In this document: in pieces, positions 12,058 through 26,884 of the stretch
How the letters are laid out: every line of letters starts with the position of its first letter
Position numbering within the stretch: position 1 is the stretch's first letter
From: Octopus vulgaris
Taxonomy: Eukaryota
Direction: 5' to 3'
NCBI GenBank assembly: GCA_951406725.2
Contig: OX597818.1
Location: forward strand, 24,986,001 to 25,050,000
Length of the DNA: 64,000 bases
The notes under the pieces: generated by a model
The model's database searches: none
What the model was told of the DNA's origin: nothing
Seen by the model: only the letters and a program-made list of their open reading frames with translations
Program-made: the position numbers and the translations under genes

Positions 12058-14331
12058 AGTTTTGTAATGTTTGAAATATAAATGAAAATTCCTGCTTTCA
12101 AATTATTTCATTTGATATTGCAGACCTTGTTCATGAAGAAGTATGGACACCATACTTGTAGCACCTGTGCAAGGCTGAGTGCTTTGGCTAGTATATTTAT
12201 GTATATGTTGCTTATGTAAAACTCTTGAATTGCTACTTCATAAATTTAAAAACTCTTCCAAAGTGAGCTATTACTTGCTCATCCCTTTTAAATTAACCCT
12301 TACTGATATATTTTTTTTACATTTCTCATCCTACATCATATTTATTTATTTATTTTTATTTGATGAAGATCTCTATTTACATGTTTCACAATTACCACCA
12401 CTCATTATTTCAGACCGCATATATTACAGAGGAAATTTTCCAACTTTGTGACATGATTCAAAACTTTGTATACATGCTCTAATTTTTGCCATGAAATGAT
12501 CACTTACTCAATTTTCAGTGAGCTATTTGCAGAGTTGAAGTCCCTCATGTTGTTAGTTAATCCAGTGCATCTGTTTCAGCTAAATCTAAATAGACCACAA
12601 GAGATGCCACTATACCTTTTATCTGTTTACTATCTTCATACTACTAGACTTCTTCATACACTAATATAAACCATAATGTTGGCAATATTAATTTTGAGGT
12701 GTTTTGATTCAGATCTTTTCTCATGCATTTCAAATTTTATTTGTCATTCATCACTTGATTATTCAATTCATTCAGTTTAATAAACTTCAGGCTATCTTTT
12801 GTCATGAATAATATTCTGTTTTGGTCAATTAACATAAGATGATTCCTTGACTATTCAGCAAATGTTTTCAATCATTTTTAAATAAAAAACATTCACTACC
12901 ATAGTGAATCCTAAAATGTAGTGCACATTCAACTTTTCTATTTGCAGATTGAGATAGTAAAATACTACTAAAGTTTATGCTGAAAATACAAGGCATTTAA
13001 ACTCAACCTATTTTTTTTTTATATCTCTGGAAATAATAATTGTTACTACTGTTGTATTGTATGTAAAGTATCAAAATAAAATTGGTGTTAACTTCTGTCC
13101 AGTTTTTATATTCATTAAGATAATGCTACTATGAAGTTAAATAGCAAGTACTTGAATTAGTCAGTGAGTCTATAATAGTAAAATAGAAGCTGCTTAACTT
13201 TTTCTCTTCTATTTAGTCACCCACAAAGGGTGCTGGAAATTACTTTGATAATTTTTTTTTTCTTGTATATTATTAGAACTAGTAATAGTATGGTGAGAAA
13301 AACCAGCTGATAATGTGACCCACTTTTTATGTATAGTATTAGAGGATTGTAGAAAGGAAAATTCTGGAGGCTTATTTTATAGGAATTGGTATTTTCTTGT
13401 CAATGCTATAGTGTGAAACTTTTAATGTGAGGGTGTTTTGAAGGAAACCACCGAGATAATAATTTTTGCTTGAGAGCATCTATAAAACATATCAGCACAT
13501 ACTATTATGATAGCCAATAATTTTCAATTATGAATTAACCCAAAATTGAATTGAGTATAATAATTATATTTTAAAGTTTTTATTTCTTTAGAGCAGCTTA
13601 GTTTACAACTAATATAAGAACTTTTAATTAAGAATCAGTACAGCATAAACAGTTCAATTATTAAGCTTTCTTTTCCTTTTTAGAGTTTCTTGTTGTTTCT
13701 TGGTTTGTTCTTTTAATATGTTGACATTATTCTACTAATAATGATTAAATATGAATTGAATTACAAAATATTTGCCAGCAACAAATATTTAAAAGAAACT
13801 AGTTTAGACTAAATTCACAGACAAGTGTGTGACCGTGCTCAGTGTGCATAAAATGTGTAGGCAGTAATTCAAAACTAGTCATTCAATACTAGGTTGTGCA
13901 ATCTGTGTCATTCCCAATGGATTAAGCGTTAGTATATAAATTCCATATGTAAGAAAATTATTTTAAAAAGATTAATCACAAGGTACTGACACAATATGGA
14001 GAAAGAACTGGAATTTATTATAATTCTAATAATTTAGAGAACATTCTATAAATGATATTAACAACAAACAGAATACTGTTAGAGTTGTAGTTTTTTGTTT
14101 TAAAAAACAAAATGAAATAACCAGCAAAAGTTGAAGACTATATAAAAGCCATCCTTAGATGTTGTGTGGATATGAGAAAGATAGACACACTGTATAGTGT
14201 TTGATTAAGGATGAATATGGGAATTATTTTCCTAAAACACTTGTATTATATGTGATTACATAAAGAGTATAGGTGATTCATCAGACTTAATTTATAGTAA
14301 GCAATATATTGGCAAATACTGACGGAATATA

Positions 14332-15490
14332 TTGGGTTGGCCAAATATCTGTTCATTTTTTGTTGACACTAAACTTCAAGCTCTCTAAGAATCAAACTTC
14401 AGTCTGTCTCTCGTGCATGCACACTTGTTAGATACTCAACACTGCAATGTAGTTCAACATGAACTTGTGGCAAGACAGGTTGTATTTTGTGTACTTGGGA
14501 TCACCCTAAAAATGTAGAATCAAAACAAACATTATTGACACCTCATGCCTTTTTTTTAAAAAAAAAAAGGCATAATGGTGAAAACCTGTAGGAAGATATG
14601 CCATGTGTATGGAAAGGATGCTGTTATGGAACATGTATTTTAAAAGTGGTTTTCAAGATTTCAGCCGGGGAAACTTTTTGGTTCAAGATGTACCTTACTT
14701 TCACCAGCATGATCACAGATATTCCCCAAATATCCAAATTGAGTGCTGAAAACCATCTGCTTCAACTTGGTTATGTCAGCAGGTTCAATGTTTAGGTCCC
14801 ACATCAATTGATTGAGGCTAAGCTTGTTCAACGAATTTCCATCTGTGATTTGTTAGAGAAATGAGAAGAAAATGGTGACTGGGGATAAAAATGGGTTGTC
14901 TGTAACAGTATGAAGCACAAATGATCATGGAGGAAGCACAGCAAACCACCACAAAGAACTTCCAAAGCAGGACTTCACCCAAAGAAGGCTATGCTTTCAA
15001 TTTAGTGAGATTGGAAAGGGGTTGTCTTTTATAAGCTTCTTTTCCATGGACAGGACCTTCAGTTTGAATGTGTACTGTGACCTGCTGGACAAATTAAATG
15101 CAACAGTCTACCTGAAGCATCCAGCACTTGCTAATCATAACAGCATTGTCTTTCATGATCACATTGCCAAACTGCACACCTCTTTGCTGATGCAGCAGAA
15201 GTTACTGGAACTTGACCTTGCACCTCTAGATTTCCACTTGTTTTAGTCTTTTCAAAATTCATTGAATGGACAGAACTTCAGCTTCGAAGATGTAAAAATT
15301 CACCTAGAAGAATTTTTCATCAGTAAAAACAGGAAATTCTTTGAGCTGGGAATAATAGATATTCCCACAAGATGTCAGAAGATACTAGAATGAAATGATA
15401 ATTCTGTTGTTGATTGAATAAGTCACTTTGTGTTTTAAAATTTGTCTTATTTTCACTTTAGAAACTGAATGGACATTTTGATCAACCCAA
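14332..15490 (+). mobile_element. Mariner (DD34D) transposon, near full length, inactivated
   Basis: TIRs TTGGGTTGGCCAAA.. / ..TTTTGATCAACCCAA; fragmented motifs (W)VPHQL, VTGDKK, LHPKKAMLSI..DWKG, DLAPLDFHLF. Confidence 0.9.
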
Positions 15491-17554
15491 TTGTTGGATT
15501 TAATGAATACCATATCCTATATAAAATATGCTCTTCTTTTTTCAGCCCTTATTTTATTAATATAGCTATATGGTAGCATAGTTTAACTGCCATTTCTTTT
15601 CTGAATTTATACCTTAATGTTAACCAAGAATGAAAAGTGAAATGCATTTATCCAATGGCAAAACAAAATAATAACAGTTGAATTGAATATCATTTGGTCA
15701 GCAGCTGTCATACACTTTTAGAGCATAACAATCAGTATGCATGCATGTGCACACATGCACATGCACACACACACTCTATGTATCTATCTATAAATAGATA
15801 TAAATATGGGGAAGATATTTTAAAAAAAATATGGGTGCTGTTAATGAACAATTTGTGCATTGAAATGATGAAAATAATAGTAATATCCTGATGAATACAA
15901 AACCTCAATGCTGGAAGCCTAGCTTTGCATTCTGTATAAATTAGGAGATAAGCAATGAAATTTCCCTTGGATAAGATGCATTCTTAACATAGATAATGTT
16001 ACAAAAAAACATATATCTATTATGAATAGTACATGTACTAGATAGTACTTCTTGTATTTAGGAGATTAAACTTACAGTTGCTGTAGTTAAGTTTTATATT
16101 TCATTTTTCACTGTTAGATTTAATTTTTGACAAACTGCATCTATTATTATATTCAGCAGAAGAGTCTATAAAAAATGCTCAAGTTTTAACTATTTTATCT
16201 TAAGACACTTGCATATATAAGTTTTTGTAAAACACCATCTCTTGTTTTAAATCTCTTATTACTGTTTTTGTTACTATAGAATAGTGATAACATTTACATT
16301 TTCAAATTCTATAGGAAATTCTATTAGAATAAAATACATTGAATTACTGGTCACAGGAAATTTGATTGGGTGATCTTGACTAACTTCAAGGTATAATTAT
16401 TGCTAGTGTTCTGTTTTTACATTAGAATTAGAGATCTCTAATAGGCCAAAAGGAAACAAAAACAAAATGCAGCAAAAGAAAAAAAAATACAGTTTACCCT
16501 CTTGTAATACATAGTATGATCATAGATTATGGTGTTCATTCTCTTTAAATAATACCAGAAAGTGCTTTTCATTGTCATTCAAACTCTTTTATACCTCCAC
16601 CTAGATTACCCATAATGACTAACACAATCTTCACAATATAACCATTCTTCCTTTCAAGCTTATGACAGGTCAGCATTGGTACTTTCTTAACATTACATTT
16701 TTTCCTCCCTTTTGTTTTGCTTGTGGAAAGTCTTTGTAAATGTTCTAGAATTACTTCTGAATTTTGTTGCTGACTTGAAATAGTAATTTTGTTTGTCTTT
16801 TAGTCTCACTATAGTTTTTCTTTGACTATTTAGAGCAATTTACTTTCTTGTTTTGTATAAAGAACTGAACTGAATAAGCTGATAAATGGATGACTTGAAT
16901 AGCCATGGGCTTTACTAATAGAGATTGATGGTTTGTACACTGTTACTGGTAGTGCATTATATCCTTACAAAACCACCTAACATCCTTAAATTTTTAACAT
17001 GTATCACGAGAGGTTATAGTTCCCCATTGTAAGCAGCAAGGAACATTAAAGAAATGTATATAATTAGTTTAGTTACTCTTCTCTTGAGCCTCAGATATCC
17101 ATCAAATTATTACTCAATTCCAGTTTCAACTGAGAAATTCACATTTACACATGCTGTGGCATTTTGTTTTTTCTCTAATGGTAAATGAACTAAATACTTG
17201 ATGACCTGCAATTGTACTTACTACATTCAATATAAGAGGTAATAATATATAAAATAATTATTTATTCTGAAATACATTTACAACTCTGGGGAAGATATCA
17301 GTCTCATTCACATGACTTTCTCTGAAGTTCTGGTACTTTTTTTTGATAGCCCATGGAATTTAGGTAGATAGAATAAAATATTTTCCTCAACAACAGTGAA
17401 ATATTTGCTATGGCTTTCAACTCAGACCATTTAATTTTCAAAGTTTATTTAAAATCATTCTAATAACTTATAATATTCATGGATACCAAATTTAAATTAA
17501 AAAAAAAAGCAGCTCAAATAAACAAATAAGGTTTTCTAATTTATGCAAAGAGCC

Positions 17555-17735
17555 AGTAAGTTTGATGGGAGGGGGTTAGTCATTACCGGTCAGTTCCAGC
17601 ATATGACTAGTACTTTCTTTTATCAACCCTAGGGGGATGAAAGACAAAGTTGATCTTGATGAGAAATGAAATCAGCATTAAGAACCAGAACAAATATTCT
17701 GATACTGTAACAATTCTGCCAACTCATCACCTAAG
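17555..17735 (-). mobile_element. SINE family B, degraded
   Basis: Reverse complement of the family at 41052 and 42151 ('tatcaaccc..ggatgaaagacaaagttgatc'). Confidence 0.65.
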
Positions 17736-18057
17736 AAATCACAGCTAATGAGAAATAAGGAAAAATATAAACACAGCGCATAAATAATTACATGAAAATT
17801 GATGCACTATTATTTCATTCACAGAGAAAACAAATATTCTAAAAGCAAATATATATATTTTTGACTTGACTGTTTGTATTCAATAATATCAAAATAACTG
17901 TTGATGAGTGATTATCCCCACTGACTTCAGAAGATGAAAAAAAATGGAATACACATACATATAGCAATGCATACGTTTATGCCTTTCTGAATGATTTTAA
18001 TGATTTACTAAATGATATGAGTAAAAATAGATTCAACGATCAATTAGACTGGCAACA

Positions 18058-18255
18058 TCATAATCATCATCATTTAACATCCGTTTTCCATGCTTGAGTG
18101 GGTTGGATGGTTTGACCAAAGCTGGTAAGGTCAGGTGCTGTGCCAAGCTCCATTGTTTGTTCTGGCATGGTTTCTGTGGCTGGATGCCCTTCCTTATGCC
18201 AACCACTTTGCAGAATGTACTAGGTGCTTTTTGTGTGGCACCAGCACTGGCATCA
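18058..18255 (-). mobile_element. SINE 3' part with RTE-like tail
   Basis: Homologous to 4510-4730 and to the reverse complement of 37075-37240. Confidence 0.75.
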
Positions 18256-18269
18256 GGATGTATTTTATA

Positions 18270-18683
18270 CTAGCTAGCTCCATGCCATCAAACACGATGG
18301 TTAATTGTAGTATTCTATATATAAATATGGATGGTAAATCAAATACACTCGTCAATGTTATCTAGTGGTTGTCTTTTCAGATGTGACATTGATCACCATT
18401 TGTTACTGAAAGAATGCTTGCTCACTCATACATTCACATACTTCCCTTGTGTACACACACACGTATACATACACAGAGTTGAAACACTGTTTGATTTTTC
18501 TTTTCAGTATTGAATGTTCACTATCCCACTTCCATTGCACACACACACACACAAACAAACATTCACATACCTCCCTTTTACATACACACAGATATACTCA
18601 CACACTACCAGTTTGGCATCACCTCTTCCTTTCTCATTCATATGTTGTGACAGAGAAAAACTCAAGAATATTATTATAGTAGA
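18270..18683 (-). mobile_element. Non-autonomous Helitron with both termini
   Basis: Minus strand starts TCTACTATAATAAT after an A, ends CTAG before a T, has a subterminal hairpin CCATC-AAACAC-GATGG (18285-18300) and no TSD. Confidence 0.75.
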
Positions 18684-19404
18684 TTCTGCCTTCAGCTACT
18701 ATATTGACTTGGATCAATCCCCAAAATTCTGTCGTTGCTACCATATTTTGCTTTAATTTTTGGAAATTCTTTCCAATCAGCTCCATTTCTAACCCCTCAT
18801 ATTTTTTTAATAGAACTACTGATTCCTTCATTTCAATATTCCTTTCTTAATTAAAAACAAAATGGAACATTGTACTAAGTAAATCTTTAGGACAAAGTGA
18901 TACCCAATGTTCTCACTTTTACAAAGATATTTCCAGTTATTTCTTTTCAAAACTCTAAGTACTCAGTATGGTCAAAACTGGCTTCAAGAAATTCTAAATT
19001 TTTTTCAGTGCCCCCAAAGAATATGTTCATTTTCTACTTGGCCAAAATTTATTGCACCTTTTGAAATAGTGTTCCTACTCCAGAAGGAAGCGTCATGCTG
19101 TCTCTGGGTCTTTGATAATCTATATCTTCTGTTTATCATTTCTATTCATTTGTTGTTGCCACTGTGACCTGAAATTGTTAGCTGTATTATGAGGTCTAGT
19201 ACAAGCTCAAAAATTTGTTACACTAACGGTACCCTATATATAGACCAAAAAAAGTCAAATAGAAATAATGTAAATTGTCTTAAGTTGTACACAATAAAAT
19301 TTTCCTCTTTCTCTCTGTATTCTAAACTCAACAGTTTAGTTACAGCTCTTCTTCTTCTTCTTCTTCTTCTTCTTATTATTATTATTATTATTATTATTGC
19401 TGTT

Positions 19405-19815
19405 CTGGCTTGGCAGAATTGCTAGTATGCCAGACAAAATGCTGCTAAGCATTTTGTCTGTCTTTAAGTTCCTAGTTCAAATTACGCTGAAGTTGACTTT
19501 GCCTTTCATCCTTTTGGATAAAATAAGTACCAGCTGCACACTGGGGTTAATGTAATCAACTTAACCCCTTCCCCTCAAATTCAGGCTTTGTGTCTATGAT
19601 GGAAAGGATTATTAAGGTGGATTGGCTGAATCATTAGAATCTCAAACACAATGAGTTGTGGTGTTTCTTCTAGCTCATTACATTCTGAGTTCAAATCTCA
19701 ACTTTGCCTTTCATTCTAGGTGAAATTAAATAAAGCACTACTCAAGTACTGGCTTTGATGGTATCAACTAATCCCCTCCTTGAAAATTGCTGGCTCTGTA
19801 CCTATGTTAGAAACA
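19405..19815 (+). mobile_element. Two tandem degraded SINE family B copies
   Basis: Both carry 'ctgagttcaaat..actttgcctttcat..aataa(g)taccag..aatcaac..cccct..cctatg'. Confidence 0.75.
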
Positions 19816-19929
19816 ATTATTATTATTATTATTATTATTCATTACTCACTGTCTTATTGCTTGTATTCACTGTATTACTGAGCATAACTTTGTCTTGTGT
19901 ACAAGCAGGGTTTTGTTTTGGTTTTTCAT

Positions 19930-20250
19930 TCTCATGGTTGTGTGGTAAGATGTTTGCTTCCCAACCACACGGTCCCAGGTTCAGTATCATTGCATGGCAT
20001 CTTGAAGTGAATATATGAATGTGTGTGTCTCCTTGTTTTGATATTGCAGAGTAGTTATAAATGAGTGCTACCTTCATGCAAGCAGTATCCTTCTTTCCCA
20101 ATTTCTGTGAAAGCATGTCTGGTCATGGGGAAATATTACCTTATGTGGAAACAGATCAAGGTTTATGAAAAGAAGGGCATTTGGCTGTAGAAAATCTGTT
20201 TTAACAAATTCTATCTGACCCATGCAAACAGGGGAAAATGATGATGATGA
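19930..20250 (+). mobile_element. tRNA-derived SINE (family C head, RTE-like tail)
   Basis: Head 'tggttgtgtggtaag..cccaaccacacggtcccaggttcagt'; body shared with 26885-27105; (GAT)n tail. Confidence 0.7.
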
Positions 20251-20770
20251 TTCTATTGAGAGCTCTCTATGTAATATGTGAGCAATGCCTGCTAGTGCTA
20301 TTTCCTATGATGTGCATATTGTTTAATCTTGAGGGTTTGAGTCATGTTTTTGTCTGAATCTTTTCTTTTTTTTTTATCATTCCCAAGACACATTGTTTAA
20401 GGGATTGTTTCTATATTCAGTCTTTGATATTTGGGTTATCTCTGTTTTCAGATGTTTATATTGGATAATTACTCTGTTCCTTTGAGAGACACATTATCAT
20501 TAGTTGGGGCAGATATGTTGATTAGGAGGTGTATTTTTCCTGACAAATCCTTAATAACTATATCTAGTTAATTAGTCCTGATCTTTTTGAGTATGTGTGT
20601 TGGCATATCCCAGAGTATGGTCACTTTCTCATTCTGTGAGACCTTTTCTGGTATATTCCTATACTATTTGTTGTCTATTGGTATTTCATAGTTTTGTTAC
20701 CATTTCCAGTGTGTGTGTAAGTTCCAAATTTGTCTTGGTTGTGGCTGTATTATTTCTCAACTGGCCCAAT
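20251..20770 (-). mobile_element. R4/Dong-like LINE 3' fragment (restriction-like endonuclease domain), degraded
   Basis: Minus strand reads GTYTHWK..PEKVSQNEKVTILWDMPTH..DIVIKD..LLINISAPTNDNVSLK..IALAGIAHILHRELSI, matching the RLE domain ILWD..(RP)DIV..ID..P and the terminal TAHILR motif. Confidence 0.75.
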
Positions 20771-21771
20771 AAAGAGAATTTAGTTAATTGTTTCCTTCAT
20801 GAATCAGAATCAATAGCACAGTGAACAAAATATTTTATGGTACTTAATTATGCTCCTTTACTTTCCGTATTCAACTCCTGATGTCAGCTTAGCCTGCTAT
20901 CCTACTGATGTTGATAAAATAAGTACCAGTAAAATATTAGGATCAATTAAATTGTCTATTCCTTCCAAATCAGTATTAAGCAAAAATACCTTGCAGTATT
21001 TGTTTCAGCTCTTAAAATTCTAAGTTCAAGTCTCAGCAAAATCAACTTTGCTTTTCATCCTTCAGGGGTTGGTAAAATAACGTATCAGGAAGAAAAAAGA
21101 CTTTAGTCTATGTAATCAACTGTTCCCCTCCTCTCAAAATTTCTGGTTTTGTGCCTCTGTTTGAAGTTATTATTATCAACATCATTACCATTGTTTACTT
21201 TTTAAAGGAATTTAGAATCTTAATAATTGCAGTTCAAGTTTCTAAACAATTTTTGTAAACTCAGTTATAACAATGAGTTCATGATCATATGTTATTTAGA
21301 TCTAACTTACTTTCATGCCATTACATTATAATGATCTGGTTATCACAATATTTTCAGTTTAATCACAGGAAACAAATTTAAGGAGTCCAAAATTCATAAT
21401 TTCAATATAATTAACTAAAATAATACTAAACTATTTCTTTTGAGACATTTGATTTCATAAAGTCAATATAAACACACTAAGATAAAATAGTTTCAGTTAC
21501 AATATTAGCTTCTCATTTTACTTTTTTCTAATGTTACTTATTCAACCAATAAAGATCAATGTTCAGTTAGTTTGAGGTTGATATTGGACATTAGATATCT
21601 AAGATATGTGAAAGATTCCATACAGTTTCATCTTTTCTCAAAACGTGAATATATATATAATCCACAAAACCATGAAATGCTAGAAAATATTAGCAACATG
21701 TTTTCTATTATATGCTTAATGGTAAACTTTAAAAGATAATAAAATTAATGACATTTTGTTTCTATTTTTAG

Positions 21772-22024
21772 GTATGTCCTAAATTTCATGCGGACTTCCA
21801 AACTGTTGCTTCCAAATGGTTTCAGAGAACTGTTGATGTTGAAAGAAGAAGCTGACTACTTTGAAATAGATTCCCTACTACAGCGAATTGAAACCTTAGA
21901 CCAAAATCGCAAAAAACATTGCAGATCAAGAAGAAAAAAGTCTTTTCATTCCTCTCTTGAAGTTCTAAATCTAAATCGAAGTGATTTTGAATTAATTGGT
22001 GATAGTGAGTGGTGGGAAGGTTAG
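21772..22024 (+). CDS. Exon of a KCTD-family gene (C-terminal half of T1-type BTB/POZ domain)
   Basis: Polypyrimidine-AG acceptor ending at 21771, then (R)YVLNFMRTSKLLLPNGFRELLMLKEEADYFEIDSLLQRIE, matching KCTD 'FRYILNFLRT.KL.LP..F.E...L.EEA.F..I..L'. Ends at TAG 22022-22024, or splices at GTGAGT 22005. The upstream exon (LNVGG..FIDRDG) was not found in the window. Confidence 0.88.
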
Positions 22025-25000
22025 AAAATGTGCCTAAAAAATTTACAAAATCAAAATTATCTTCCCACTATTGTTTAACCTTTTCAAATGCAGAAAAATT
22101 CTTCATAATTTTTTGCAGCCCTTCCAGAAGATTTATTCATATTGAATTAATATTTTTGGGTTCCATATCATTATGATAAAAGGCAGTTAGATATAAAAAA
22201 AATTAACATGAAACAAAAATAACATATATAATCATTATTCATTAAAATGCAAAAATTTACAAAACAAAAATTGCCCTAATGTTTGAGATATGAAGTGACA
22301 TTTGTTTGAATGAGTGACACCAAGTATCAACTGTATGTATGTGTGTATAATTACAGTAGAAACATTGGATGTGAATGTATGATGATACTACGATATAATA
22401 ATGAGCTGTAGACATTCATATACATAAAAGTTTTTTCATATGAAATCGTTAGAAGTTATTTGTTATAATGTATTGCTTTTATACATTATATACAAAATTC
22501 TATAAAACAAAACACATGGCAAAATCTGGCATAAAAAAGTTAGTTGATGCAATTTATCAGATTTCATTTTATTTTTTTCTTAATACAATCTGACTGTACA
22601 GGCAATACATTTTGCAATGATTAGGCAATATGTAAAAAAAGGTCAAGTTGACTTACAAGTACATGAATTTTCAATTGTTAAGTAAAAACTCTTATACATA
22701 CTAATATGCCTGCATTCAACTTTTTTAACATTAATGCAAGTAATTTCCTTATTCTTGTATATTAAGTCAATAAATAGTGAATGACCAAATTTACCTTGGC
22801 CAGATTGAGTTTCAAAAATTTGAAGTCTATAATTTCCATTAGTTACATGAGCCAATGTCTACATGAGTGCTACATATAAGATATATATCTAGGAATTCAA
22901 TTATATCAACTATTGTCTATAATATATCATTAATATAAACCATCCCTACAAGATGTTTCTATGAAACACACAATTTATATCACAATTTATATCTCGGTGG
23001 TTATTAAGGACTTACTAAAGGATTTTTTTAAATATATATTTCAGTGTACATTTTTATATAATCTTTTATTATATGTAGTCTTTGACTCAACTCTCTCTTT
23101 CTATATACATATATGATTAACAATGAATTTTTGTGTGTATTCAACTTAAATTGATATTGAAAAAATTAGAATTTAAACCTTCTTTCATTTTAATGTAGAC
23201 TATCTTTCAAATATTTTATTCATATATTATATACTCATTTAAGATGTATCTTGGAACTATACTCATGTAATATTACGTTTTTTAATATTTATCTTGTCGA
23301 AGTAAAGAATTGAGAATTCTGATTTATTACTTTGTATAGATGGTATGTTCATATTTGAAACTGATATCAAAGAGAACTTGGTTAGATATCAGAGATATTT
23401 TTGGCAATATATATATATATATATATATATTTCATTTAATGAAATGCTTTAACTCCAACTCTTTTAAGTTTGTTTTATTTCTAAGGTGGAAGATGTTAAC
23501 TAGCAAGCTTTTTAATCAGCTGACCACTAAAGTAACAAAATGTAAAATGCTTAGTTTTAAATGGAGTTGAGAAAATTTAATCTAAATTAATTTTTCTCCT
23601 CTCAAAGGACCAAAATAAATCTCCATTAGTTTTTCTTTAAAATATTTAAAAATACATTTTTTATCTGTCTAATTAATAAACTGGAAACAGCTATCTTTCT
23701 ATCTGTATACCTACACACACACACACACATATATAGCTAAAAATTTATGCTGATGTGTACACATTATGTATAGATATATATTAAATTATATAAGAAAATG
23801 AACAGAAAATATGTTATAATATGGAATGAAATATATTTTATTGGTTTAAATGTCAAGATGATGTAACATTACAGTAGTGTGATACAAAATTTGATTCTTT
23901 ATATTATATATATATATTGTAGATAGATAGATATATATATAGTTTTCTATGTTATGTATTTTTGCATTTACCAACCAGCAATTTATTTAGATCATCTTGT
24001 ACAATGTAGTAGTCAGCTTATAAATGAATTAATCTTTTACAATACATTTAGTAGGTTCTAAGTAAGTCTACTCTGTTTTAGAATTTGTATTTTCCTTTTC
24101 GAGACCCAGAACCTAGCACAGAGCAAAATGTAATGGAGAGAGGCAAGCAAGCTTATGATGTCTAACTTATGCCAATATAAGCAAAAAAATTATTTTTTAA
24201 ATGATACCCATGTGTATGCAGAGATGTTTTATACACTTACATTGTTGTAACCAAAATCTGGGTCTTTGGCGCTACTTGTATCACATTTCTAGTAATAATG
24301 TAAATTAATTACCTTCATAGGTCCTTATTACCTAAAAGCAGATTTATCTATACTTTTGTATACTTGTAGTGGAGTTGACTCTGTTGCAACAATCTGGACC
24401 AAGTCTCTTATTTGAGGTTAATTCGAAATATTGGTGTGCTCCTTCCTATTGCAGCAATCCTTGTGTTAAAAAAGCTCAAGGTTGCCATACTTTCATCTCT
24501 AAAAAAATATATCAGATGCACACATATACATGCAAATACACATAGAAATTATAAACTTAGCGATTAAACTAGATTCAGTGCTTCAAATATAAAATCTAAT
24601 TTAACTGAATCTAGCATATACAGATTCTTGTATTTGTATGTTATAGTAAATTTTCTTTAAAAATAAATTTCATCCATTTTGTCAGAATTATTTCTATTAT
24701 ATTAAATGCAAATTGATATTCAACCATAAAATCTGCCAGTTTACTTATGCTATTTTGTAGGTTTGCAGATATATTAAAGAACCTATGTTTATTAACAAAA
24801 AAATTCTCATTTGAATTTTATTTAGAACTTGACAGAAACAGCCTGGAACCTTTATGGTATTGTTAAACATACAATTTTAAATAATACTTAGGAATATATA
24901 AAATTGAAAGGAAATTTTACTCACCATTTTTTTAATCAACCAACTGAACATATCTGCTAATGTTTTGCTCAAACTTTACTGATAATAGATGTATGACAGA

Positions 25001-25748
25001 TTTAAAGTCAATTGTATAAAAGTTTGAATGTTTGTCATAGAAAAACATCTCACTTTCAACTTTGTGGATATGTGTATGTATTGTATCTTTGCATTTCATA
25101 ATATAATTGGGAAGTTTACCACTATAGTATACTGGTAAATTGTTAGAATCCAAAAAGGGAATAACTGCTATGTTTTTTTACCTTCAGTTTTAAAACCTGG
25201 CCTCACATAAGCATTCCACTCTTTGCAATTGATTTATTGTTTCCTAATATTTTGAAACTTTATTTTCTATACCAGCATGATTTTGATTTTTACTTAATAT
25301 AGCCTAGCCTCTGTTATCTCTATTTCTTCTCTCATTTTTTTCTTTTTCCTTTTTATATATTAATTACATTTGTTCCATAAATAGATTGGAACTCTTTTGA
25401 AAATGCAAATCCCAATATATTTTTAATGGGATATTGCAGTAAAATATATATAGCCATTGGAATATATACTTTATTTCCTACTCTGGAAGATGTTTCTTCT
25501 CAGTTTATTTTTTGAATTTATTTAACCCTATGACTTAACTTAATAATAGCTAAATGACCTATTGCTGACCTTTATAGTAGTGACACTTCTTGCTGTTAAG
25601 ATGTATTGCTTGTTCTAATGAGGATTATGCACATCTTGTTGCTTGTTAAAAATGGTAACACACAGACACACACAATTATCTAATACCCAATGTGAAACCG
25701 ATTGGTAAGATCAGCTGAAAGGGATCTATAATATTGTATATTTTGATT

Positions 25749-25793
<45 letters not shown>

Positions 25794-26840
25794 GACTATT
25801 TTAAATATTTTGTTTTATTTTGGGTTTGTGGGAAGGATTGTCCTAAAATGTTGATTGGTATAAAACTAGCTGTTTTTAACTATGATGCTTCTAAATTGTT
25901 GACCAGTACATACGTTGACATGTATGAAAAACCAGTATTAAAACTGTTTTGAGTTTGCCACTCAGTGTATGAAATCTTTCAAAATATCATTGATTTTAAA
26001 TCTTTAAAGAAAAAAATAAACATTAATTTTTTTTTTTTTTTTGTTAAATCAAAAAGAAAAGAGAGCTTATACTTTTTGCAAGACTGCAAAATTAAGACAT
26101 TGATTTACTGGGTTACTTACTCCAAAATGAAGAGAAATATTTTTGTCATTGTATTGCATCTACACTGTTTTGTTGATGTCTTTTTATATGTTTAACTTTT
26201 GTCAAAGAACACTCAGTAGAGATGGCAGTAGTGAAGAGATTCAACAACTTGTTTTAAAAACAGTTTGGATATTAAACTCGAGTGCCTTCTAGAAAAGAAA
26301 GAAAAAATCTTTAACTGATTTGAATCTCAAGCATGTTTCTTCAAACTTCTTTTTAAGATCAGACCAAGGTTAATTTAGTCTTGATAAATGTTGGCAAATC
26401 TTGTAAATTCCATGCAACTATCTCTTCAAATTTTACTGAGATTAATAATTTATGCATATGCCAGCTGATATATTTTTTTATCAATATTTTTTTATTAATT
26501 CTTTTTTTTTTCAAGGAGAATCATCAGTAAAGCTAAAAGCACTTAGTTAAACAATTGTATACTGCTTTTGATTACCTGTTAAAACTGCTTCACTTTCACA
26601 TTAATATCCTAAGAAAATACCATATTTTTTTGACCTGATTTATAGTGTTAATGTTTTTTAAGCATTTTTTTTTTGCCTTTAGATTATATTTTTAATGTAT
26701 TTATTTTCAAGTATTGATGCTGAGCAGGAATATAACAAAACTTTGATTCCTATTTTTGAATAATTATTTCATCTTGATAGTTTATTTTTTCCACTGCACA
26801 TTTTTTTTTGAGATCTGTATGTAATATATGTGTGTGTGTG

Positions 26841-26884
<44 letters not shown>

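Noticed and set aside
12124-12175. Possible upstream KCTD exon
   Set aside because: No canonical donor and no BTB motifs (LNVGG, FIDRDG) in any frame.
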